Shown: one piece after another, positions 10,669-19,921 of the stretch
Layout: the number at the start of each line of letters is the position of its first letter
Position numbering within the stretch: position 1 is the first letter of the stretch
Origin: Dehalococcoidia bacterium
GTDB taxonomy: Bacteria > Chloroflexota > Dehalococcoidia > Lucifugimonadales > VXLM01
DNA: 64,000 nucleotides
NCBI GenBank assembly: GCA_963662435.1
Contig: OY759598.1
Span: 1,396,507 to 1,460,506, forward strand
Reading direction: 5' to 3'
Made by a program: the position numbers and the translations under genes
The notes under the pieces: model-generated
The model's database searches: none
The model's input: only the letters and a program-made list of their open reading frames with translations
What the model was told of the DNA's origin: nothing

Positions 10669-11910
10669 CTATTCGAGAGCCTGCGGCTCCTCTCGGAAGA
10701 GAAACTTTACTCTATGCCAGTCTATCGCGACCAGACCGAGCCCCAGCCCGAAGTACAGGAATGAGAAGCGCAACCTGTCGTCCGAATCCGGGAAGAACAG
10801 GTGCGCGACGAACAGCAGGAGCAAGATCGCACCGGCGTTCCAGCTGACTACCCGCTTGGCGATCAGCATCAGAGCGGCCAAGGAGACCGCTGTCGTCAGA
10901 AGAAACTCAACCGTCTGCCTGTCGTCGAGAGGGAAACTGAGTAACTCACCTGCCGAAATGCTGAAGATCACCGCCATACTCCCTACGAGCAAGGTCAACT
11001 GATTCAACGAGGATGAGATCAACGCCGTCAGACCGGCAACCGGATTTGCTCTCAGGCTGAACAGCACCGCCACGATAATCTCCGGAGACTCCGAAGCAAG
11101 CGGTGCAATCCACTGGATAAGGATGAACTCGTCGATTCCGAAGCTTTCGCCCGTCTCGATCAAGCTTCCTACGAATGGCTCCGCTGCTACGAGAATGACT
11201 CCCGCAGCGAAGATGAATAGGAAGACCACCATCATTCGTCGCCACATCACAGGGAGCGAACCGATCAATGCCGCGGCACCGATGAGCTCCGGTTCGTCAA
11301 CGTCGCTGGTTGAGCTGCGCCACAGGTATGCGACATAGAGGCCGATCAGGCCAACCGCCACCAGGATATGGATCTGCTGCATGAAGAAGACCAACAGGGT
11401 GACGACAGTCACGATCGTCAACATGCCTATTTCAAGGCCTATTTCTCCACGAACATCGAGCGTTCTCCGGCGTTTCAGCCAGAAGATCAAGATGACAGCG
11501 GACCAACCCAGTCCGATCAACAGGCGGTTTGATCCCGTGACGTTCGCGGCGACACGTGACGTCTCGGTCGTGACCGCCCCGGAAGCGGTGTCGAACGAGG
11601 AGCCAGCGTCCCAAGCGAGGACCGCCTCAATGGCGTACTCCGGGAGTACGGCGATCAGGGCGAGCACAGCGATAGCTAGTGAGGCGGAAACATCCAACTC
11701 CGCCACCTCCGCAGCCCACGAGAGCAAGAATGCCCCAGCCACAATTCCCAAACCGTAGACGGCAGCGGCGACTATCGGGTCGAGCGACATCCCGGAGAAT
11801 CGGACCACGGCACCCGGCACTCCCATGAGCAAGAGCACCACGATTGTGGACCCCAATCGTGGCCTGTTCAGTTGCTCTCTCGTCGCAGTACCCAACGTAG
11901 AAGTAGTCAC
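10669..11910 (-). CDS. Sodium:calcium (CaCA) antiporter family protein
   Basis: About 11 hydrophobic segments; alpha-repeat motifs AVLPEY...ANVTGSN and ASESPE...ISSSLNQ. Confidence 0.85.
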   Translation of the reverse strand: MTTSTLGTATREQLNRPRLGSTIVVLLLMGVPGAVVRFSGMSLDPIVAAAVYGLGIVAGAFLLSWAAEVAELDVSASLAIAVLALIAVLPEYAIEAVLAWDAGSSFDTASGAVTTETSRVAANVTGSNRLLIGLGWSAVILIFWLKRRRTLDVRGEIGLEIGMLTIVTVVTLLVFFMQQIHILVAVGLIGLYVAYLWRSSTSDVDEPELIGAAALIGSLPVMWRRMMVVFLFIFAAGVILVAAEPFVGSLIETGESFGIDEFILIQWIAPLASESPEIIVAVLFSLRANPVAGLTALISSSLNQLTLLVGSMAVIFSISAGELLSFPLDDRQTVEFLLTTAVSLAALMLIAKRVVSWNAGAILLLLFVAHLFFPDSDDRLRFSFLYFGLGLGLVAIDWHRVKFLFREEPQALE

Positions 11911-12017
11911 GTCCTAGAAACAGATTTGTTGCGGCAGCAGGAGTGTATTCAGGAACGGGCGAGCAGGTCAAGCTAGGGAAACGCGTTGAGAATATAGGGT
12001 GTAGTGAGGGGATCGCA

Positions 12018-12038
12018 TGGCGGAGAGTGTGGGATTCG
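12018..12038 (-). other. 3'-terminal fragment of a tRNA (Ser-like), probable att remnant
   Basis: Minus strand reads CGAATCCCACACTCTCCGCCA (half T-loop, T-stem, acceptor strand, CCA); no 5' half next to it. Confidence 0.65.
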
Positions 12039-12166
12039 TATCTAGCTATGATACAGGGGGCTTTTGCTACAAATTCCCACACTCGTTACCACCGAATTGA
12101 GCCGGGGGATTCACCGAACCATACCCGTTTGTGCACTATATCATTCCGCCCAGTATCAAGACGACC

Positions 12167-13816
12167 CTAGCGACCATTTTCAAACACGGTGTGCAGCAAA
12201 GGTACATGAGTAGTTCGAGTCCAGTCTTGTGGACTACCGTTTACGGAAGATACCACCGAGCCGTTCAGCGGTATCTCCTGGACTTTTTTCCCCGGAATCA
12301 AGCTGTCGTCGGGCATGGGAACGGTGTAGCGGACGACGGCGTTGTCGGGTAGAAGCTCGATCTCCTTGATGAAGGTCTCGATGAAGGCCCTCCGCTCTGG
12401 CAGCTCGCTCTTTTGCAGGAACCTGCTCATGTCCTTGGCGTAGGCTGTGATCGTCTTGACGTCATCGAGGACCGCCCTGCGCTGAGCCAGGATTGCCCTC
12501 GCCCCTTCTGCGGCGGACTCAAGGCGCTCCTTTCGCTCCTTGTGGTCTCGGATGCGGTGAGCGAAGTCGGCCATGTTGAACTCGGTCGTCGTCTCCACGA
12601 GGTCGTAGAGCCGGTCGAGCCTGCCCCTCACGTCGGCAAGCTCCGACTCGATGGTCTCCAGCCGCTTGCGCTCGTCTCCGGCCACGTCGTCCATCTGCTC
12701 GTCCACGACGTTGACCAGACTCCGAATGTTGCCCTCGGTGAGGATGTTGGAGCGAATCAGGCCGACGACCAGCTCCTCGAACTGCCGGGCGTCCACCCTG
12801 GGCGAATCGCAGGACCCGGGGGCGCGCTTCACGAAGGAGTGGCAGACGTAGTAGGGAAACGTGCCCCTGCTGGAGTAGCGGCCCGAGAGCGCCCTCTTGC
12901 ACCTGTAGCACTTGACCAGGCCGCTCAGCAGGAAGGTGCTTCCGACTCTGCGGGGGTGGGAGACCCTGGGAGCGCGGGAGCGCAGTATGCTGTTCACCCG
13001 GTCGAACTGGTCCTTGGCGACAGTGGCGGGGAACGCCTTGTCCACCCGCACCGGGTCGGCCCCGTCCTTGGCGTTGTTGCCCCAGACCAGGGTGCCCAGG
13101 TACGCCTCGTTTCTGAGGATGTTGTGGACGGTGGGCTTGTTCCAGAGCTTACCCCTGGGGCTGGCGATGCCGTCGTCGTTGAGGATGCGGACGATCTTCA
13201 TCATCCCCTTGCGAGTCTCGGCCAGGTCGAAGATGCGCTTGACGATGCCGGTCGTTTCGGGGTCCGGCTCCAGTGCGGGCCTCTCCTTCGGGCCATCCTG
13301 CACCTTGACCTTCCTGTAGCCGTAGGGGGCTATGGGAGCGACCCAGAAGCCGCGGGAAGCGGCCTCCCTCATGCCCCGCAAGACCTCCATCGCCAGATTC
13401 TCGCTGTAGAACTCGTCCACGGTCTCGATGATGCCTTCCAGGAGCCTGCCCGTGGGGTTGTCCTCGGCCTGCTCGGTGATGGAGACGACGCGGAGGCCCT
13501 TGCGCCGGAGCATGGACTTCAGGACGACGGCGTGCTCACGCTTCCTGGTGAACCTGGAGAATTTCCAGACCAGTATCTCCTCGAAGGGGGCCTCGGTCCT
13601 CTTGGCCTCGTCCAGCATTTTCTGGAACTCGGGGCGGTTCATCACGCGTCCGCTCTCCGCCTCGTCCACGAACTCTCGGACGACCTCGTAGTCGTTCTTG
13701 TCGGCGTAGTCCCTGAGCGCCCTCAGCTGGGCTGACACGGACAAATCCACGTCCTGGCGGTCGCTGGAAACCCGGGCGTAGAGGGCTGCCGGCGTGCGGT
13801 CGTTTCGTTCACTCAT
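12167..13816 (-). CDS. Large serine recombinase (resolvase + recombinase + Zn-ribbon domains)
   Basis: YARVSSDRQ catalytic Ser, KFSRFTR, APYGY, LLSGLVKCYRC...YYVC...C; SD AAGGAGG before ATG 13816; last ~20 codons are host-derived. Confidence 0.95.
   Translation of the reverse strand: MSERNDRTPAALYARVSSDRQDVDLSVSAQLRALRDYADKNDYEVVREFVDEAESGRVMNRPEFQKMLDEAKRTEAPFEEILVWKFSRFTRKREHAVVLKSMLRRKGLRVVSITEQAEDNPTGRLLEGIIETVDEFYSENLAMEVLRGMREAASRGFWVAPIAPYGYRKVKVQDGPKERPALEPDPETTGIVKRIFDLAETRKGMMKIVRILNDDGIASPRGKLWNKPTVHNILRNEAYLGTLVWGNNAKDGADPVRVDKAFPATVAKDQFDRVNSILRSRAPRVSHPRRVGSTFLLSGLVKCYRCKRALSGRYSSRGTFPYYVCHSFVKRAPGSCDSPRVDARQFEELVVGLIRSNILTEGNIRSLVNVVDEQMDDVAGDERKRLETIESELADVRGRLDRLYDLVETTTEFNMADFAHRIRDHKERKERLESAAEGARAILAQRRAVLDDVKTITAYAKDMSRFLQKSELPERRAFIETFIKEIELLPDNAVVRYTVPMPDDSLIPGKKVQEIPLNGSVVSSVNGSPQDWTRTTHVPLLHTVFENGR
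12218..12254. other. Left attachment site of the serine-integrase ICE (host arm 12218-12230, GG core 12231-12232, element arm 12233-12254)
   Basis: Element arm ACTACCGTTTACGGAAGATACC is an imperfect inverted repeat (18/22) of 38114-38135; shared GTGG core. Confidence 0.8.
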
Positions 13817-14036
13817 CTGTTCCTCCTTCTGATTCCTGCTGTTCGTTCCGGCGGGCCTCGGCCCGTTGGCGGCGTTCCTGCCGCAGCCACTCCCGCTCGT
13901 CCATGTACAGGCGGAGGGCCTCACGGATCAGCTCGCTCATGGTGCGGCCCTCCTCCTGCATCAACTGCCTGACCTGCTCTTCCATCTGCGGGGGCAGGGA
14001 GAAGGTGATGACCTTGGACTTCCTGGGAGTGGTCAT
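13809..14036 (-). CDS. Ribbon-helix-helix (CopG/Arc-like) DNA-binding protein
   Basis: KVITFSLPPQMEEQVRQLMQEEGRTMSELIREALRLY; overlaps the integrase start. Confidence 0.85.
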   Translation of the reverse strand: MTTPRKSKVITFSLPPQMEEQVRQLMQEEGRTMSELIREALRLYMDEREWLRQERRQRAEARRNEQQESEGGTDE

Positions 14037-14058
14037 ATTCTCTCTTTTTGCTCCTAAC

Positions 14059-14110
14059 TGTCATACGATGTCATAGCAGTATCATGAACGAACCGGGATA
14101 CCGGTGTCAA
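14059..14110 (-). promoter_or_regulatory. Putative sigma70 promoter of the RHH-integrase operon with phased TGTCATA-like repeats
   Basis: TTGACA (14110-14105), 18 bp, CATGAT (14086-14081); TGTCATA at 14059 and 14069, TATCATG at 14080. Confidence 0.55.
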
Positions 14111-14187
14111 GGGCCGCAGCCCCTATTGGAGACGTTCCGAATGAGGTAAAATGGGGTCGTAGACACTGAGAAGGAGAAGCTCTCTCG

Positions 14188-14544
14188 ATGGGGACTTTCA
14201 GGTGGCCTCTGCGCATCTCCAGCATGGATGGGCAGCAGGAGCGGAACGTAGAGGCGACGGTGGACACCGGGGCCGCCTACACGACGCTGCCATCGAGCCT
14301 GCTGACCGATCTGGGGATCGAGCCGATAGACAAGCGAACGTTCTTGCTGGCGGATGGGCGGCGGGTCGATATGAAGTATGGGAGAGCCTGGGCGACGATC
14401 AATGGCTCCAGCGAGGTGACCATCGTAGTCTTCGGGGAAGAAGACGCCCCGGCGCTGCTGGGCGCGTACACCCTGGAGGGCCTGGCCCTGGCGGTGGACC
14501 CCACCTCGCAGCGACTCGTTCCCACCCATCTGATCATGTACTAG
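14188..14544 (+). CDS. Clan AA (retropepsin-like) aspartic protease
   Basis: VEATVDTGAAYTTLP, LADGR flap, ALLGAYTLE; SD AAGGAG. Confidence 0.85.
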   Translation: MGTFRWPLRISSMDGQQERNVEATVDTGAAYTTLPSSLLTDLGIEPIDKRTFLLADGRRVDMKYGRAWATINGSSEVTIVVFGEEDAPALLGAYTLEGLALAVDPTSQRLVPTHLIMY

Positions 14545-14643
14545 TAGAGTGCGGCGCACGCCGCGCTCCCTACCGTCGTGTACGCCCGCCATCTCAGGCT
14601 CCCGATTCCTGCACCGGCGTCCGCCTCTTTCCCCCACACCGCA

Positions 14644-14868
14644 TCAGCCCTCCTCCCCGCCGCCGTCCTGCGGAACCTCGGGCTGGGACGATGCGGCCGC
14701 CTGCTCCTCCATGTAGGAGCGGATGGCGACGCGGGCGAGGATGCGCAGCCCCTTCAGGACCGCCCTGCGGTGTTCCGGCGTGTAGGACGGCATGGAGCGC
14801 TCCAGGGCGTCTTCAAGCTCCTGCTCTCCGGGCCTCTTTCGTCCGTTGTTTCTTCTGGGATCTTTCAT
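14644..14868 (-). CDS. Small hypothetical ICE protein
   Basis: 74 aa, co-oriented with the transfer operon; amphipathic helix VLKGLRILARVAIRSYME. Confidence 0.55.
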   Translation of the reverse strand: MKDPRRNNGRKRPGEQELEDALERSMPSYTPEHRRAVLKGLRILARVAIRSYMEEQAAASSQPEVPQDGGGEEG

Positions 14869-15036
14869 GGTGCGTGGTCGCAGCGGCGGTGAGTTGGGCC
14901 GCTGGCCTCTCGTTGCAGGTTGTGTGGCCGGGGGGCCGCCGGCGCCGACGGAAGGGGCGAGCGCCTACGGCCTCCATGCCAGTTCAGGCCCTGCCGTACC
15001 GCCGATGCGCGCCGGGCGCCGGGCGGGGCCTCCGGT

Positions 15037-15366
15037 CTAGCTACCCTCCTCGAAGAAGGTCATCTGGAACCCCTCGCCCAGGAGGATCTCCATGCCTCCG
15101 GGTATGCCGGAGGCGAAGCGGGCTATGGAGAGCATGGCTCCCCCGCAGGGCTCGACGCCCTTCCTGCGCCACATGCGCAGCTGCTTGGGGTCCACGCCGA
15201 GGGCCTTGGCGAAGCCGCGCCACGAGAGGCCGGCGGCCTCCTTCAGGCGTTCGAGGCGCTCACCGAAGTCCTCGGGCAGGACGCCGCCCTCAAGGGGCTG
15301 GGTCCCATCGGCCGCGGGGTTGTCGCGCCCGTCGAAACGGGCCGGGTCGTTACTGTTGTGGTTCAT
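15037..15366 (-). CDS. XRE-family HTH protein
   Basis: DFGERLERLKEAAGLSWRGFAKALGVDPKQLRMWRRKGVEP; SD GGAGG. Confidence 0.8.
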   Translation of the reverse strand: MNHNSNDPARFDGRDNPAADGTQPLEGGVLPEDFGERLERLKEAAGLSWRGFAKALGVDPKQLRMWRRKGVEPCGGAMLSIARFASGIPGGMEILLGEGFQMTFFEEGS

Positions 15367-15634
15367 CGCTATCCTCCAATCTGAATAGGTCTTGGAACTC
15401 GGTCACTTCCAGGGCCTTGAGCATCCGGCGGCGGATGCGACCGGAGGGCGAGCGCCCCGAGTTGACCAGCATCGACACGTAACCGGGGCTGACCCCGATC
15501 TCCTTGGCGAGCCAGTTCTGGGAGCGGTTCAGCAGCGCCAGACGCTTCCAGACGGCCGCCGTGTCGAGCCGGACAACGATCCGTCCTCTGCGCCTCCGGG
15601 GGCCTTCCTGCTTATGGGTATCCTGTGTGGGCAT
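15350..15634 (-). CDS. XRE-family HTH protein
   Basis: Real C-terminal part of the long shadow ORF: LNRSQNWLAKEIGVSPGYVSMLVNSGRSPS. Confidence 0.8.
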   Translation of the reverse strand: MPTQDTHKQEGPRRRRGRIVVRLDTAAVWKRLALLNRSQNWLAKEIGVSPGYVSMLVNSGRSPSGRIRRRMLKALEVTEFQDLFRLEDSDEPQQ

Positions 15635-15654
15635 GGGTCTTCGTCCCTCGTCGT

Positions 15655-17307
15655 TCATTGGGGGGGCAGGGCCTGGGGCGACTGCGGGTCGGCGGGAGCG
15701 CGCCAGGCGTGTCCCAACGGCCCCAGGGCGTCGATGGCCTCCCTGTGGGACACCAACAGGGGCACGTTTACTCTCGATTCGTTGGTCTCCTCCCGCGCCA
15801 CGCGCAGGAAGTGGGTCTGTGCGATCTCGTCGTCGAAGACGACCAGAACGGCGGGCCGTGTGCCGTGGTCGTCGGTGGGCCTGTGAGATGAGTAGTAGCG
15901 CAGATAGGGGGCGAGACGCTCCGACATGGTTGATGGCCGCACGGCGCGTCGCTCCCACTCCAGGAAGAAGGGCCATGTCCTGTCGTCCTTGCGCAGGACG
16001 CCGAAGGCGTCGGGGTTGACGGCGCGCATACCTCCGTCGTGCCGGAAGTGGCGGGAGGCCCTCCTGGGCGGGTCGAGCTGGACGACCTCCCACCCCAGCA
16101 GGGGGGCCTGGGCGGCGAGGGCTGCCAGGAAGCCGTGGACGGCGGCGGTGTGCTCCGTGTTCCTGAGCAGTTGGCGGGTCCGCCTGCCGGTGACGTTGCG
16201 CCACTCGAAGGGGCCTTCGGCGTCCTCCAGGGCGACGCTCCACCGCTTCCTCGCCACGGCCACGGAGGTGCGGTCCCTGCGGGCCAGGAGGGCCAGCCCC
16301 CGGTCGGTGAGGGCCAGGCGTCCGCCCGTTTCGCGGGGCCGGGCCGCGAGACCGAAGCCTTCGAGGGGGATGACGCTCTGGGAGGCCCTCTGGGACGATA
16401 CGCCCAGCAGCCCGGCCAGCTCCCCCAGGGCGATCCAGGGCCAGTCGGAGATCAGGTCGAGGGCGCGCTTCTCGATGGGCTTGAGAAGGACCGGCAGCAT
16501 GTGGTCGGGGATGTCCCATCCCGGACCCTCGACGGCGAAGTCGGCGGGGGCGTCGGCTCGCTGCGGTTCCGGCTCTATTGGAAGTTGGCCGCCGGGAGCC
16601 GCCCGGTCGAGGGCGTAGCGCAGGCCGATCTCGGCGCCGACCTTGGGCGGGCTCCATATCGGGTCGCCCGCCCCCGTGAGCGCCGCAAGGCGTTCCACGG
16701 CGAGCAGGGCCGGAACGTCGGTGGTGGAGAGCAGCCTTCGGGCGTGCCTGAGCCTCACCTCGTCGGCCATGAGCGCCAGCACCGTTCCGGGCATGGGCCA
16801 GTCGCGCAGCCCCCAGATACGCCGGGAGAAGCCCGACCTGTCGGCGGTCAGTCCCTGCCGGACGATGCCGACGGTCCTCCCATCGGGAAGGGTCATGGCG
16901 GCGTCGAGGGGGACGGAGCGGTACCAGCGGAACCGGACGGGGAATGCCACGGTGGAGACGGTGGAGGCGACGCCGTAGACGGATGCCACGGCGTCGAGGC
17001 GCTCCATCAGGCTGCGCCGCCACTGGGCCGAGACGGGGCGGCTGCGAAGCAGCTCGTCGAGGGAGACCTCCTCCTCTGCGGCGAGCCGCCTCAGCCCCTC
17101 GGCGGTGAGGTGGAACCTCCGGGAGGGGGGAAGCAGCCCAGTGGCGTGGGGCACGGAGGCGCAGAACCCCCCGGACTCCAGCCTCTCGATGGCCTCGTAG
17201 ACCGCGCCCCTGGACCAGCCGCAGACGGCGACCATCTCCAGCCGGTCGAGGAAGGGCATCCGCGACAGGGCGCGGAGCAGGTCGGCCTCGCATCCTTCAG
17301 GTCTCAT
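15655..17307 (-). CDS. Replication-relaxation family relaxase (MOBL-like), duplicated architecture
   Basis: C-half HTAAVHGF...VNPDAFG...FFLEWER...LAPYLRYY; N-half is a degenerate copy; coupled to the T4CP gene. Confidence 0.75.
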   Translation of the reverse strand: MRPEGCEADLLRALSRMPFLDRLEMVAVCGWSRGAVYEAIERLESGGFCASVPHATGLLPPSRRFHLTAEGLRRLAAEEEVSLDELLRSRPVSAQWRRSLMERLDAVASVYGVASTVSTVAFPVRFRWYRSVPLDAAMTLPDGRTVGIVRQGLTADRSGFSRRIWGLRDWPMPGTVLALMADEVRLRHARRLLSTTDVPALLAVERLAALTGAGDPIWSPPKVGAEIGLRYALDRAAPGGQLPIEPEPQRADAPADFAVEGPGWDIPDHMLPVLLKPIEKRALDLISDWPWIALGELAGLLGVSSQRASQSVIPLEGFGLAARPRETGGRLALTDRGLALLARRDRTSVAVARKRWSVALEDAEGPFEWRNVTGRRTRQLLRNTEHTAAVHGFLAALAAQAPLLGWEVVQLDPPRRASRHFRHDGGMRAVNPDAFGVLRKDDRTWPFFLEWERRAVRPSTMSERLAPYLRYYSSHRPTDDHGTRPAVLVVFDDEIAQTHFLRVAREETNESRVNVPLLVSHREAIDALGPLGHAWRAPADPQSPQALPPQ

Positions 17308-19868
17308 TCTCCGGCCTCCTCCTGCGTCCCGGCGTCGGCGGCCGGCCTCCGCCTGCTCCTCCGCCTGCGCTCCGGCTCCGCTTCCGGCTTCTGCTGCTGT
17401 TCACCGTCGCTCTGCGGGTCTTCGACGGCCCTGCGGAACTCCTCCACCTTCAGGTCGCCCTCCGCGTCGCCGTAGGCGATCTGCCGGGCCGGGACGGTGT
17501 ATGCGGACGCCGCCGCGCGGATGCGGTCGGCGGTGTCGGGTTCTCCCTCCTCGGGCTTTCTGACCATCATCGAGAAGGCGGGCATCCGCTCCTTGCCCAC
17601 GGTGGCGCGGACGTAGCAGTGGTGGACGGGCAGGGAAACGATGTCGTCCTCGCTCACCCGGTCCTTGCCCAGCTCCCAGACCAGCGTCCTGGCGTCGTTG
17701 CCCGCCACCTGGAAGACGGCGAGGCAGCCGACGTTGGCGAGAAGCGTGTCCCGCATGGTTCGGGAGAGATCGTCCAGCTTGGCGAGGCTCTGGGTGGCGA
17801 GCACGAAGCTGGCGCCGAACTTGCCCAGCTCGGACAACATGCTCTCGTAGTCCACGCCGGGCATGGACTGCATCTCGTCCACAACCACGAGAGCGCCCCT
17901 GCGCCGGTGCAACGGCAGGCTTCCCTGCTCCCGGATCACGGCGTCCACGAGGTTGAGGAGGGACGCGCCCACCAGGGCGGCCACGTCCCTGCCGACGGTT
18001 CCCTGGGACGTGGAGACCAGCAGGACTCCGCCGTCGTGGATGGTCCGGCGCAGGTCGATGGTGGAGCGGCGCTGGCCCAGGATGGCCCGCGCCCGCTTCG
18101 AGGATGCGTAGTAGGAGAGGCGGGTCTGGACGGGGGCCAATGCGTCGGCCCGGTACTGGCGGTGCCAGCTTCCGAAGTCCCTGGCCCACCACTCAAGGAG
18201 ATACGGGTCCTCGATCTTCGACAGGACGGAGGTGCGGAACGGGGCGTTGGACAGCAGGCGCAGCCCGTCGAGGATGGTGTACTGCCGCTCGGCCTCCACC
18301 TGCTCGTTGGCCTCGTGGAGGGTCTTGACGGTCTGTTCGAGGATGGACTGCATCCTCGGCCCCCACTGCTCCCACAGGCCCTTGGCGACGCGCACCACCG
18401 AGTCGGCGGTGCGGTCGCGGTCGGAGAAGATGCGGGTGTCGAGCAGGTTGATGCCGGGGGAGCGGGTCTCGTCGGACAGGTCTATCAGCCGAACGCTGTC
18501 TATCAGGGACTCGGGGACGTGCTCCATCAGCTCGGCCACCAGGTCGGTGTGGGGGTCTATGACCACGATGGCGTCGTTGTCCCTGCCCTCGGCCTTCTCT
18601 CTCATCTTGTGGGTGACGAGATGGTGCATGAGGGTGGACTTGCCCATGCGGGTACGTGCGACGTAGAGGTGGTGACGGCGGAGCAGGTCGTCGGGGAAGC
18701 GGATGGGCCGGGGCTTGCCCGCCGTGGTGTCTCCCACCAGCGCGCCTCCCCTGACGCCCTTCGCGGAAGGCAGGAGCGCCCTCGCGCCGGACCGCTCCAC
18801 AAGGGGGGTCTCGTCGCCCGCTCCGGGCGGGTGCCACAGGCAGGCGATCTCGCGTATTCCCATGACGCTGCGCCCGCCGAACAGGCCGGGGCCTGCCGGA
18901 TGGAGCACGTCGGGGTCCGGCGTTATGGGCCTGACTCTGCCGACCTTGAACCTCGCCCCGGCGGGGTTGTCGAAGTGGCGGTAGGCGGCTGCCACCGGCC
19001 CGAGAAGCTCGGCGGCACGCTGGGGCCGGGTCGTCTCCGGCAGGATCGCCGTGACCTGTAGCTCGGCGTCGAAGGCGATGCGGGAGACCTTTTCCTGTAT
19101 CAGGATGGGGTCCTCGACGCGCTTGCGGGACTTCTTCAACCGCCACCACGCCCAGCCGCCCGCGAGCAGGCCCAGGGCGGTTCCCGTTCCCAGGAGCGCG
19201 GCCTTCCATATCTCGCCGTCCTGCACCCACAGGTAGCCCTTCAGGGCTGCCAGCGCCCCGATGCCGAGCACGGCCATCGTGATGCCGTCCATCTGCAGGG
19301 GCTTGGTCTGGAAGGTGTAGGCGGGCTCCCTGGGCTCCATGCCGGGCCGCTTGTGGGCCTTCTCCATGTGGGGCTGGGACCAGTCGGGTCCCAGGGAGCG
19401 CAGCATCAGCCGCGCCACCACGCGCTCGTCGTCCTTCAGCTCGGAGAGCGCGCCCATCAGGGCGATGAGGGGGTCGGAGCCGGGGTCGAGCAGGTCGTCG
19501 TCCCGGAAGGTGCGCAGGGGCACGTACTCCGGGCCGTCGGCCCGCAGGGTCATGCTCCACGCCCGCTCGCCCTCGTCCAGGCGCAGGGGGTCGTCGTCCC
19601 GCTCCACTTGCTGTATTCGGGCCTGGGGGTAGTGGGCCGACAGCTGGCCGCGCACCACCTCGTCGTCGAGGCAGCGGGCCAAGAGGGTCACGCCGTCCAT
19701 GTCGGCGGCAAGCTCCAGTGAGAAGGGCTCCGGCACCGCTATGGAGCCGAGCATGTTCTCCACGCCCAGCAGCGTGCGCTCCCCGGCGCGGGGCGGCGTC
19801 ACCGCCAGCAGCACGGGCTTCTTCTCGTCATCGTCTCCAAACAGGAATTCCTTCGGGTTCAGCTTCAA
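17304..19868 (-). CDS. Type IV coupling protein (VirD4/TraD-like ATPase)
   Basis: Two TM segments, Walker A ARTRMGKST, IDPH, LVVVDEMQ, FVLATQSL. Confidence 0.88.
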   Translation of the reverse strand: MKLNPKEFLFGDDDEKKPVLLAVTPPRAGERTLLGVENMLGSIAVPEPFSLELAADMDGVTLLARCLDDEVVRGQLSAHYPQARIQQVERDDDPLRLDEGERAWSMTLRADGPEYVPLRTFRDDDLLDPGSDPLIALMGALSELKDDERVVARLMLRSLGPDWSQPHMEKAHKRPGMEPREPAYTFQTKPLQMDGITMAVLGIGALAALKGYLWVQDGEIWKAALLGTGTALGLLAGGWAWWRLKKSRKRVEDPILIQEKVSRIAFDAELQVTAILPETTRPQRAAELLGPVAAAYRHFDNPAGARFKVGRVRPITPDPDVLHPAGPGLFGGRSVMGIREIACLWHPPGAGDETPLVERSGARALLPSAKGVRGGALVGDTTAGKPRPIRFPDDLLRRHHLYVARTRMGKSTLMHHLVTHKMREKAEGRDNDAIVVIDPHTDLVAELMEHVPESLIDSVRLIDLSDETRSPGINLLDTRIFSDRDRTADSVVRVAKGLWEQWGPRMQSILEQTVKTLHEANEQVEAERQYTILDGLRLLSNAPFRTSVLSKIEDPYLLEWWARDFGSWHRQYRADALAPVQTRLSYYASSKRARAILGQRRSTIDLRRTIHDGGVLLVSTSQGTVGRDVAALVGASLLNLVDAVIREQGSLPLHRRRGALVVVDEMQSMPGVDYESMLSELGKFGASFVLATQSLAKLDDLSRTMRDTLLANVGCLAVFQVAGNDARTLVWELGKDRVSEDDIVSLPVHHCYVRATVGKERMPAFSMMVRKPEEGEPDTADRIRAAASAYTVPARQIAYGDAEGDLKVEEFRRAVEDPQSDGEQQQKPEAEPERRRRSRRRPAADAGTQEEAGE

Positions 19869-19921
19869 TGCTCTACTCCTTCCTCTATGGGCCTGTATCT
19901 ATGTGTCAGTCGTTTCGTTGC

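Noticed and set aside
12205..12240. GTTCGAGTCCAGTCTTGTGGACTACC looks like a tRNA T-arm and 3' end
   Set aside because: The T-stem 5' strand does not pair, there is no D or anticodon arm and no CCA; better explained as the attL junction
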